Translations under genes and position numbers: made by a program
The notes under the pieces: model-generated
Told to the model about the DNA's origin: nothing
Seen by the model: only the letters and a program-made list of their open reading frames with translations
The model's database searches: none
Shown: positions 1 through 10,320 of the stretch, one piece after another
How the letters are laid out: every line of letters begins with the position of its first letter
Numbering within the stretch: the stretch's first letter is position 1
NCBI RefSeq assembly: GCF_009914755.1
Contig: NC_060939.1
DNA: 64,000 nt
DNA from: the human T2T-CHM13v2.0 reference genome, Homo sapiens
Direction: 5' to 3' (one strand)

Positions 1-809
1 GGGAAGGAGGCTGGAGAACTCCTGCCCCAGATGCCACTAGTGTCCAGACTGGGGTGAAATCAGGATGTTTGGGGCCGGCAGTCAGATACCCTCTCTGGAA
101 TTTGCATGAAGGCACATTGGAGACTCTGCCAGGTGAGGCCAAAAGAAAGACATGAAGACCCAGAGAAAGGAGCAGTCACATTATTGGTGGAGCTTGGAGC
201 AAAAATGTGCCAATTCTGTGAGCACAGAGACAAAATTAGCTAGTCCCTGGAGACAGCTGGGCTGCAGGAGATGGTTATTCCTGGGAGCTATAAGATCGCC
301 ATTTCTCTCACCACTGTGGTACACACGGGCATCCTTAATGGCAACTCTGTTCCTCGCCCTCTAAAGCGTGAAGCCCTCACTGCTTAATGCCACCTCTCTA
401 GGGGTCCTCCCACACCACGGGCTCTAGTCCTAGAAGATCTCCTTCCCCACGGACTGCCAGGATCACACACTGGTGCACCAGGGCACAACAGCAGTCCAAG
501 TGCACACAACCACAGTGCAATTACGCACCTTGCTCAGAATTCCCCAGCCAGCCATCTGCAGCCATAACCATTCTTGGGATACATTTCAGATCCTGGAATT
601 ACTAGTCTTATTTGTTTATGTTGTAGTCAGAGCAGTAACTTGTACTCCCAATTCCTTGAAAACTAACTTTATTTTCCTTGTCTTTGTGTTCTGTTGTTAC
701 ATGTGCAAAGTCTATGTTTAATCATTATAATTTTCAACTACAAATACAAGTAATATTTTTATGTACTCTTCCAATTCAACAAACGTGTATTGAAGACCTG
801 TAGGATGAA

Positions 810-1010
810 AGATGATGATGATGATAAGAATACTGACCTTTATTGAGCATTACTCATTTAATTCTCCTAAAGACCATGTAGATTGTACCATTATAATGCC
901 AATTTTGACCAGTTTACAAATGAGGAAACTGAGGTCACACTGCGAGTAAGTAGAAAAGCCAGGATTTGAACCTTGAAAGACTGACTGCAGAATGCATATA
1001 CTTAATCACA
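810..1010 (-). mobile_element. MIR SINE, degenerate
   Basis: Reverse-strand MIR core TTTACAAATGAGGAAACTGAGG (~913-934) followed by GCCAGGATTTGAACC. Confidence 0.8.
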
Positions 1011-1577
1011 ATTAGAAATAGAAAATAAAAAGCGTATAAAGAGCTTGCCATCCAATAGCAGAAACAGACTCATAAACAAATCATTTAAGTTCTTCTGTTG
1101 ATAGGAAAATCATATGCACCCTAGACTTAAAAGCTGGAGCTTTCTGTAATGTTTACTTCCACTAATACAATGTTCATTTTTCCTGACAAACTTATCATAG
1201 ATGACAAATGTAATAACCAAGACTACTGAGTGTAAAAGTGCCTCTATTGTGAGCTCTTCGTTTCTCTTGTGATGAGACCCAACTTCTGTGATAGGAGTGG
1301 TAGGAAGTAAAACACGAAAGCTCCGCGTTGCTGGTGTCTGTTGTACATACACAAGTCGGAAATTGATTCTCAGCTATCTCATATTGTTTTGTCTCATATC
1401 CCCAGGGAAACCGTAAGCTCCTTGAAGGCAGAGTCTGTGACTTTTCATTCGTTAATTCTTTTGTCCACAAAAGAAGAAAAAAACATTACATTGAACCCCT
1501 ATTAGGTGCCAGGCATCAGCTAGCGGTCAGAGGGTGAAGTATAGACAATTTGGCAAGGCTTAAAACTTTACCTTGTG

Positions 1578-1880
1578 ACAGAAAACCAAACACTGCATGT
1601 TCTAACTCATAGGTGGGAATTGAACAATGTGAACACTTGGACATAGGGTGGGGAACATCACACACTGGGGCCTGTCATGGGGTGGGGGGAGGGGGGAAGG
1701 ATAGCATTAGGAGATATACCTAATGTAAATGACGAGTTAACAGGTGCAGCACACCAACGTGGCACATGTATACTTATGTAAAAAACCTGCACGTTGTGCC
1801 CATGTACCCTAGAACTTAAAGTATAATAATAATAATAATAATAAATAAACATACCTACTATTTGGCCCTTTAAAAAAATA
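1578..1880 (+). mobile_element. 5'-truncated L1PA (about L1PA5-7) 3' UTR, with A-tail and an extra 3' segment
   Basis: Canonical L1PA 3' end (AAACCAAACACTGCATGTTCT...CATGTACCCTAGAACTTAAAGTATAATAA). 16-bp TSD AAAACTT(T/G)ACCTTGTG at 1562-1577 and 1881-1896; TT|AAAA endonuclease site. Confidence 0.95.
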
Positions 1881-2669
1881 AAAACTTGACCTTGTGTTCT
1901 GAGGGCCTTGTATTCTGAAGAGGAGACGTGGGTAAAGAAACAAAGGGTCACAGCATAGCCAGGGCAGTCCCAGGTGTAAGAAAAAGCCCCAAAAACCCAG
2001 GGGTGGGAATGTCCACCTCTGCCTGGGAGGTGGCTGTAACCAGTTCCATACAGCAGGGTTTCGGTTACTATAAAGATACAAAGGAGAGAAGAACAATAAA
2101 GAGTGGCCAACCATCCAGTGGCAACAACATTCACAACCCTTACATGCCATTAAGCAGGTTTGATAAAACTGTAGTTCATAAACTACAGTTGATGAACACA
2201 TTCCACTGTACACTAGGTCTTAACACAAAGTCTTACTCTTCTCTCTCTGATCCACACTTCGGACCACTTTCTCCCTCCTTTATTCTATTTCTCAGGACCC
2301 TTTCTCTGCCTAGCTGTTTCTCCCCTCTTCTTCATCTTATCATCTTTTTCCTCTAATGATCCTCTTTGTGTCCATCTTTCCCTTTCCTTTCTTAACTGTG
2401 GTAAATTGGACATGATAGGAAACTGAGATTCTGAAAAGAATCAGGAGCCCTGAAGACTGAGCCAAGATCCTAGCCTGGTTCTATTCAGGTTTCCTCCTTC
2501 CCGCTCCCAGGTTCTACCACCTCCTCCTGGAAATTTTTTCACATTAGTCAAGAAAGTGTCCGAGTACTTCACATGTGAGTGAGTTGTCACCTTCAATACT
2601 AGCCTTGCATTCCACCCTCTTTCATCGGCCAAAACTTCATGAGCAGTGCTAAGTATATCCATTTGTGTA

Positions 2670-3190
2670 TTCATTCATCCCTCTATTCATTCACTCATTA
2701 GGATATTCTGAATCCCTGTGCTAATTGCCACGGAGGTTGAGATGAATGCAGTCCACTCATGACACATAAAAACATAAATGCACAATGACAAAATGATATA
2801 ATATAAATCAGAGTTGAAAGGGTCTGTAGAAAAGGAGTCTATGCAAAGAGATTGAAGAGCAAACAGGTAGAATAAGAATCAAGAAGGAATGAGGTCATAG
2901 AAACCAAGAAAAGCAATGCTTTGGAACAGAGGAGGTGCCAATGGGGTGAAATGTAGCTGAGTGGCCCAAGAGATTGAGAATAAAGAAGTTTCCCATGGAT
3001 CTGGCTACAGAAAGTTGTTGATGACTGTGGTGTCACGGTCTCAGTGAGAGGAAAGCTAGGTGGTGGTGGTAGGTCAAGGAGGAAGTGTAGACTGCAGAAG
3101 TGGAGAGCTTTTTGTGCACATAGCTCTACCGAAATGTTGCTGTCAAGGAAGGAGAAAAATAGAGCAGTAGCTGGAAAGGGACGTGGAGAT
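2670..3190 (-). mobile_element. L2 LINE fragments
   Basis: TCATTCATTCA-type L2 tail in reverse orientation, then purine-rich L2-like internal sequence (CCCATGGATCTGGCTACAGAAAGTTGTTGATGAC). Confidence 0.6.
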
Positions 3191-3914
3191 GGATGGAAGA
3201 GATTTGAGCATCATGGCAGATCTCGCTGCCTCCACTAGGGACAGGATGAAGAGAAAGCCTGTCAGTTTCCCTGTATCCTTCACTTCAAAGGGTACCAGGC
3301 CCTTCAACAACACCTGTTATGAAGAGAGTAGGCAGACGGGCTTCTGCCTACTAGATTTGTCCCTAGAGTTACTGGGAAAGCTGGGGCCAGTTGACTCCCC
3401 CAGCTGCTGGATCCAGTGAGTGTATGTCATGGTTGGTTCCAAAGGGCACAGGACCTAGAAACAAGTAGGCTGGGGAGTTGGCAGCCCTTCCACATCCAGG
3501 GTAGACTCTGACACATCTCAGCTAATTGGTGTGAACCATTCTGAAGGAGTGGGCTTTGCACTGGGGAGCTTCCTCCCCAGACCCCATTAATTTGTCTAGT
3601 GTAGTCGGTTCATTCCATGTACAGGCCTGTGGATCATCACGTAGGAACTTCCCTTCTGTTTCAGTCTCACTGTGGCTCCCTAAGAGTTAGGCAAAGGGTC
3701 CCTGGAGCCAGCAGATGCAGAGTCCTGCCCCTTTAAGCCACAGAGCTGGTAAATGGTTGGTTGAGTCAATGAAAGCAAGAAGCTATGGGGAGGCCATAGG
3801 ACAGGGGCCTGGGAATGGCCTCCAGCATGGGTGTAGGAATGTGCTCACATGAATGTGGGTGGTTAACGTGAAATGCCAAAACCACAGAATAGAAATGCAC
3901 CAGATCTAAGGGGC

Positions 3915-4030
3915 CTCTTTTTACAGATGAGGAAACTGAGGCCCAGAGAGGGGAAATAATTGGCCTGAGGTTGTACAGATATTTGTGGCAGAGCTAAGTT
4001 TAACCCAAGCCCTTGAACTGTTGGCTTCTA
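3915..4030 (-). mobile_element. MIR SINE
   Basis: TTTTACAGATGAGGAAACTGAGGCCCAGAGAGGGGAAATAATTGGCCTGAGGTTGTACAG core. Confidence 0.85.
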
Positions 4031-4214
4031 GCACCATCCGTGCCAACCACCAGAGGCATGGCCCTTCAGCCTCCAACGGCTTCCTTACAGGGCTGGGTGT
4101 AAAAGTACATTTGAATACAGGATAATTTTCTCATAAAAACAATGTGTTTCAAGGTGGTTACCTGTGACCCTCCAGCCAACCATGATGGTTACAGGAGACC
4201 CCGTTCATCATGAC

Positions 4215-4460
4215 CTCAGGGAAGCCCAGGCCTAGATCCTGAGCCCAGGCCTAGATCCCTGTCATATGCCCCAGAGCACCCGGCACATCTTTGTAAAAGT
4301 TGTGGCGCTTGGCAGCTCTTGTTTCGTAGCTGCCATCCACACCAGACCACAACTCCATGGGGACCTGGCTTGTTTGTCTTGTTCACTGCATTGTCCCAAC
4401 ACTTAGCCCATGAACAGCCCAGGGTGCAGCTCAATTAGCATCTGTTGAAATAATTAATTA
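4215..4460 (+). mobile_element. L2 3' end
   Basis: CTCCATGGGGACC...TGTCTTGTTCACTGC...CTCAATTAGCATCTGTTGAA resembles the L2 3' terminus. Confidence 0.65.
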
Positions 4461-5095
4461 GTTAATTAATTCGACCCTGTAAAACCAGCTCTCCAGGTGG
4501 AAAGGTTTCAGAATTCTGACCTCGAACCTGAGGAAACTGCCTCCCTCCGAGGCTGTGCCGGCTGCAGGAACAGGCCTCAGTTGCTGCCCTGCTTTCCCCC
4601 CCGGGAGGACCCAGGGACAGGCTCCTCCAGGTGTCAGCTGAACAGCACGGACCACACATGCCTCCCTGCTTCCATGTTTGGATGTTGTGCTTCTCTTAAT
4701 GCTGCCCAACTACACTCCCTCGGTCAGCTGTACCGGTACTGAGCTAACAGCTGTCTGTCTACACCCCAACCCCTGCCTCCATTTTGAACATGTACCCAGC
4801 ATTGCACAGTTGGTTTGGGGCCCCAAATATGGGTCTTGATGCTTATCTTCAGTAAATTTTATCTTATTCAATTTGCTCCTTTAATCATAGACTGTCTTGG
4901 TTTGTGTGGGTGCTATCTTTCCTCCAATCTACTTACTGTCCTTCCCAAATTCAGGCCATCTGAAAACTGGCAGGCAATTGTTTTCATTAGCTTTATTGAT
5001 TGAAATATAAACTGGTCAGCACTGAAATATAAACTGGTCATCATTTAAGAAAGAGTCCTGGCATACCAGTAGAGTTCTCATCAGGTCAACGATGC

Positions 5096-5350
5096 TTATT
5101 TATTTATTTTTAAAACAGGGTCTCACTCTGTTGCCCAGGCTGGAGTACAGTGGGGCGATCCTGGCTCACTGCAGCCTCAACCTCCTGGGCTAGGACTACA
5201 GGTAAATGCCACAACACTTGGCTAATTTTTTAAAATATTTTTGTAGAGACAGAGTTTTGCCATGTTGCCTAGGCTGGTCTCAAACTCTCGGGCTCACTTT
5301 GGCCTTCCTAAGTGCTGAGATTATAGGCATGAGCCACTACATTCAGCCCA
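5096..5350 (-). mobile_element. AluJ-type element with two internal deletions
   Basis: ACAGGGTCTCACTCTGTTGCCCAGGCTGGAGTACAGTGG...GCATGAGCCAC. J-type CTCACTGCAGCCTCAACCTCCTGGGCT; about 250 bp instead of about 300. Confidence 0.9.
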
Positions 5351-5812
5351 ATGGTCTTTTATTGATGCTTATTGAGCAGTGCCCCTCACTAGTTACAAAT
5401 GCAGCTTACTCCATCATTCAGCTCTGACTTTTCCTCCAAACCTTAGTCTGCAGATGGGAAAGACAAGATTGTGTGGTCTCTTGCCATTTTTATGTATCCA
5501 TTTTCTCTTCCTTTACAGCTTAATTCCTCTCTAAGGCTCCCTACCATCCATTCCCCCGCACCTCCTCCTTTTCCTCATTACAGTTCTTTTTATAAGAAAA
5601 TATACATAGCTTACAGGTCCACAGTATAAGTATTTGGGAAACCCTGATCTAGCCCAAATTCTCTTGTGGGTTTTCCTATGACTGTATAGAAACTAACATA
5701 AAAATGACTATGTAAAACATTTGTGGAAGGAAAGAAAGACATTATGACATGTGTCAAATTTGTTGCTGGAATTCAAATCAACGTGTTTACAATGGGAACA
5801 CATATGAGAGTG

Positions 5813-6165
5813 TAGAAGTTGCCAGATCAGAGTCCCAAATCCAAGCGGCAACACAAGGGTAAGGGCCAAGCAGTGGCACCAAGGGTGAGCCAGGCATACG
5901 ACCAGAAGCTGCAGTGATCTGGGAGCACACGCAGTGATCTGGGAGCACACGCAGTGATCTGGGAGCACACGCTCGCTAGGAGGGTGAGCCTCTATCAAGT
6001 GGGCAATCAGCTGTAGCCTGGCAGGATGTGGGCTCAGTGCTGGCAGATCTTCCCATTTTTCACAAGGAGAAAAAAATCCAGATATAAAAAAAAAAAATTC
6101 TGTCAGTTTTTCAATGTTGTTAGCTAATGGGAAAAAAATGTCTAAATGCTATAACTGGGTGAGAA
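5813..6165 (+). mobile_element. MER102-like hAT-Charlie DNA transposon, left part (right end resumes at ~8768-8810)
   Basis: GATGTGGGCTCAGTGCTGGCAGATCTTCCCATTTTTCA...AAATCCAGAT...AATGTTGTTAGCTAAT resembles recalled MER102 internal sequence. Terminal GGCCTGAGGGCTACCAGTTTACGATCC lies at 8782-8808. Strand is nominal. Confidence 0.6.
5911..5972. repeat. Perfect tandem repeat, 20-bp unit GCAGTGATCTGGGAGCACAC x3
   Basis: Identical copies at 5911-5930, 5931-5950 and 5951-5970. Confidence 0.97.
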
Positions 6166-6684
6166 CTAAATTAAGCAACTTGAAATGTTTCTGAAGGCCA
6201 TAACTGAAGATTTAAACAAACGGAAAGACATACTATGTTCCTGGATAGGAACACGTGATGTCATAAGGATGTTGATTCTCCCTGAGTGAATCTATAATTT
6301 TAGAGTAATACTTAATAGCAGCTTGGAAGAAATAGATATGGGACTCTAAAGTGCATACAGGAAAAATAGACAAGCAATAATAGGAAAATTCTGAAAAAGA
6401 GTAAAAGGCTTGGGAGACTAGATTTATCAGATTGTAAAACATAGTATAAAACTCCAGTAGTTAAAACCATGGTGCTGGCACATGAATAAACAGAGAAATG
6501 GACACAGCCAAAAGGAAAGTCTAGAAACAGACACAAATACATAAGGGAAGATGTGGTAAAGGTCAAAAGTCAAGAAGGGAGAGTGAATTATTCAATAAAT
6601 CAAATGGGACAAATGGGTAGATATCTAGGAAGAAAGTAAAGTTAGATCCATGCCTACTCCTCACACAAAATAATATCCATCTAA

Positions 6685-7075
6685 TCTTATATACTAATGA
6701 TCTATATAATAATTAATGTACTAATAATCTACTAATATAGTATATTAATAATATATCAATATTATATATAATAGTATACTATATGTTACATTAATAATAT
6801 ATTAATATTATATATAATGGTATACTATATGTTATATTAATAATATACTAATATTATATATAACAGTATATATTATATCAATAATATATAAATACTATAT
6901 ATAATAGTATACTATACTATGTTATATTAATAACATATTAATATTATATAATAGTATACTATTATACTAATAATCTAGCATATATAATATAATAATAGCA
7001 TATTATCATACTAATAACCTATCATGCATAATATAGCATAGTATACTAAGAATATACTCATAATCTATTATTCAT
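6685..7075. repeat. AT-rich degenerate minisatellite (~46-bp unit TATTATATATAATAGTATACTATATGTTATATTAATAATATATTAA)
   Basis: Recognisable units start near 6760, 6806, 6852, 6893 and 6942; the tract is almost all A/T. Confidence 0.85.
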
Positions 7076-7079
7076 TTAG

Positions 7080-7240
7080 TGTATATCATCCACGGCCTGC
7101 TTTACACCTCTAATATAAGCTCCATGAAGCCAGAGGGTTTTGACTTTTTGTTCACTGCTATATCCTCAGTGCCTAGAACTGTGTCTGGCACATAGTGTGT
7201 GGTTGATAAATATTTTATAAGGGAGTTGAATAAGTGAATC
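7080..7240 (+). mobile_element. L2 3' end nested in L1M
   Basis: AAGCTCCATGAAGCCAGAG...TTGTTCACTGCTATATCCTCAGTGCCTAGAACTGTGTCTGGCACATAGT...ATAAATATTT. Confidence 0.85.
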
Positions 7241-8289
7241 AGAATTTTAAATGTTAATAACAAAACCTGTAAAACAATAGAAAAACCATTGGAGAACGCT
7301 TTTTAAATTTTACAGCTTTAAAAATTAAAATTATTTAATTTTAATAATACTTTCTAAATATTAAAAGAAAATCAAAAGCCATAAAAAGGATCAACTTGAT
7401 AATAAAAAATTATCTTCATGGCAAAAGCCACCATAATTAAAGACAAAAAAATCAGTGACAATCTGGTAAAAAAAAGAAAAGAAAACAAAAACTTGTATTT
7501 CATATAATAGACAAAGGGCTAATAACCTAAAGAGCCCTTTCAGAAAAACACAACACAAGAGAAAAATTGGCAAAGAATATGAATAGAAATTCACTAAAAG
7601 ATGTTCATCCTTACTCATAATACAAAAAAAATGCAAATTAAAACTACAAATGAGATACCAGTTTTCTTCTGTTAGGTTGGCAAGAGTGAACATTTTGATG
7701 CCTCACTGTGTTGGTGAGAGTGCAAGAGAACAGACTCTCCCATAGATTGCCATGGGGGTGTAACTTAGGGCAGGTAGTTGAATAATGCTATCGAAATCAT
7801 AAATGTTTCTATCCCTTGACCCAGAAATCCCACTTCTAGGAATTTATCCTTCAGATACACTCAAACAGATGCAAAACAGGTTACACAAGGTTGGTCTCTA
7901 CAGCATTGTTTATAGTAAGAAAGGACTGGAAACAGCCCAATTATCCATCTGTAGGCAGCTGATTAAATAAATGATAGCATCTTCATGCAATAGAGTACTG
8001 GGCACTGGAATATCATGCAGCCTTTAAACAAGGAAGCTGTGTATGTGCTAATATGGAAAGGTCTTCTATACTGTCAATGAAAAAAAACAAGGTATAGAAT
8101 AATATGTATAGTGGGCTACCATTCGTATGATTAGTTTAAAAAACACATATGTGTACATATGTGTATATGTAATTGTGAATGCCTAGAATGTCTCTGGAAG
8201 TATAAACAAGAGGTTAACAACACAAGTTGCCTCTAGGAAGGAACACTAGAGGGCTAGAAACAGAGGAGAGGAATCTTCTGCTCAGAGCG

Positions 8290-8690
8290 TGCATTAGTAA
8301 AAATAAACTGAATTGCTGTAACAAGTAGACTCCCATACCTCCTGGCTCAATTCCATAGAAGTTGTTTTCTGAATCATCAGATAATCCAGAGGCGGCATTT
8401 TCTATAAACAGGATTATTCAGGGGCCCCAGCTGATGGGGCTGTCCCATTTTTAACACAAGACTTTGAAACATCCTCACCACTGTTCTAACCCCCGGGGAA
8501 AGGCACAGAGCTGAAGAAGCATGGAGTGTGGAGGTGCTCTTGACTGGCCAGGCCTAGAAGAGCACAGATCTCTGCTCACCTTCTATTGGCTTCAACTCAG
8601 TCACATGACCACAGTCACAAGGAAGCCTGCGCGGTACCCAGGAAGAAAGGAGGGCAGATTTGGATGAAGAGCCATCGGGTCTCTACTGGA
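8290..8690 (-). mobile_element. Old MaLR LTR (MLT1J/K-like)
   Basis: Begins TGCATTAGT...GCTGTAACAA; contains CTATTGGCTTCAACTCAGTCACATGACCAC and CCCAGGAAGAAAGGAG. Confidence 0.65.
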
Positions 8691-8829
8691 CTCTTTCTGC
8701 ACCTTTTAACATTTGAAACACATAATTTTATTATTCAAAATACTGAACACAATTAGTATGAAAAAAATGCGCGTTAGCTCCGGCCTGAGGGCTACCAGTT
8801 TACGATCCATTTATAAAGGGCATTTGATT

Positions 8830-10060
8830 CTATGATAAATGTGTCAATCCATATCAGTGAGAAAAGTATAGACCATTCAATAAGTGGTGCTGGAAAGACA
8901 AAGTAACCCCTGGGGTAAAAAAGTAAAGTTAGGTTTCTTACCTCACACCATGCCCCATAAAAATTTCCAAATGGGTTAAATACCCAAATATAATAAATAT
9001 AACAAAAAAAGTATTAGAAGAAAATATAGCCTTGGAGCTATATTGAAAGACTCAGGATTCACTGGCCACTTATAAGTTTGACCACATAAAAATGACAAAG
9101 GACAACATAAAGACAAGAGACAGACTAGGAAAAAATGTTTGCCATATGAATACAAGACAAAGAAATAATATCTCACATATATAAATCCCAGTTCAGATCA
9201 GTGAGAAAATACACAAACAATCCAGTAGGAAAATGAGAAAAGAATGTTGAAGGGACATTCACAGAAAAGGAAAGGGCCAATAAACCGTGGGAAGATGCGC
9301 ATGCTCAAAAGTAGCTACAGTATGAAAATTAAAGAAGAAATGGGATTCCGTGTATCACCCATAGGATTGGCAAAAATTAGGGGGAGGGAGGAGGAACGTA
9401 TTTGGTGTTGGAGAGGGATTGAAGAAATGGTTTTCTTAAGTGTAGCTGACAGCTGTATATTGGAATGTCATTGTTGGAGGGCAATTAGGCATGAACTGTC
9501 ATATTTAAACATGTCCATACCCTTCAACCCAAATTTTTGAGTAGCCACTCTAAAGAAATACTTGCACACGCACCCAAAGCAATATGTCTAAGATGTTCAT
9601 TGCTATATCGCCATAACAAAAAAGAAGGAAAAATCAAATCAAATGTTCATCAACAGAGGGAAGTTAAATTGATACAGCCACATTGTAGAGCACTCCATAG
9701 AAGTTTTCTTTTAATGGAATATAGATCTATATGAAAAAAATGAAGATATCTGCAAAGACATATTGTTAAGCCAAAAAAAATCAGATTACAGAACAATACA
9801 TACACTATTTGTAAACATGACACAAACTGTGGGTTTCTATACTAACAGATGTGTATATACATGCCTATAACATAGTCTAGAAGAATACAGCTCAACAGCC
9901 AGCACTTCTGGAGAGAGGAATAGGATGAGAGAGGGTAAAAGCAAACTTTTGCTTTTGCTGGATCCCTCCATGATCGCTCAGACTTTGCGACATGCTATGT
10001 CCATGTAAACGGATATATGTTGATTTGTCTGAATATGTGCAGATACTTACACCTATATAT
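8830..10060 (+). mobile_element. Second old L1M (L1ME-like) 3' fragment
   Basis: ATTCAATAAGTGGTGCTGGAAAG, CCTCACACCATG...AATTTCCAAATGGGTTAAA, TCACCCATAGGATTGGCAAAAATTA, CCATACCCTTCAACCCAAAT. Confidence 0.75.
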
Positions 10061-10074
10061 TAACCATTGTAACA

Positions 10075-10320
10075 GAAAACATTTACTGAGAACTTTCCCT
10101 GCGCCTAGTGCTGTGTTAAGCTCTTTGCTTGCATTATCTCATTGAATCCTCATGACCACCTTATGATTTAAGCACTGTTATTATCCCCATTTACAGATGA
10201 GAAAGCTGAGACTGTAAGAGGTTAAATCAATTGCCTGGGGTCACACAGATAGGAAATGGCAGAGCTGAGATTCAGATTCAAGGGTGTCTGATTTCAGAGG
10301 CCACACTGTCAGTCTTGACC
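10075..10320 (-). mobile_element. Near-full-length MIR (MIRb-like)
   Basis: ATTATCTCATTGAATCCTCATGACCACC...ATTATCCCCATTTACAGATGAGAAAGCTGAG...GGTCACACAG...GGCAGAGCTGAGATTC. Confidence 0.9.

Larger units (their letters stand above)
6190..8765 (+). mobile_element. Old L1M (L1ME-like) ORF2 3' part and 3' UTR, interrupted by nested elements
   Basis: Decayed ORF2-like segments: GAAGATTTAAACAAACGGAAAGACATACTATGTTCCTGGATAGGAA, AAATGCAAATTAAAACTACAAATGAGATACCA, CCCTTGACCCAGAAATCCCACTTCTAGGAATTTATCC. Confidence 0.85.

Noticed and set aside
4451-4471. AATTAATTA-GT-TAATTAATT palindrome as a homeodomain site array
   Set aside because: It lies at the decayed simple-repeat tail of an L2, so a low-complexity origin explains it.
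5911-5972. Direct repeats as a possible CRISPR-like array (also the VNTRs at 38.4 and 62.7 kb)
   Set aside because: The units abut with no unique spacers, there are no cas genes, and the DNA is primate.
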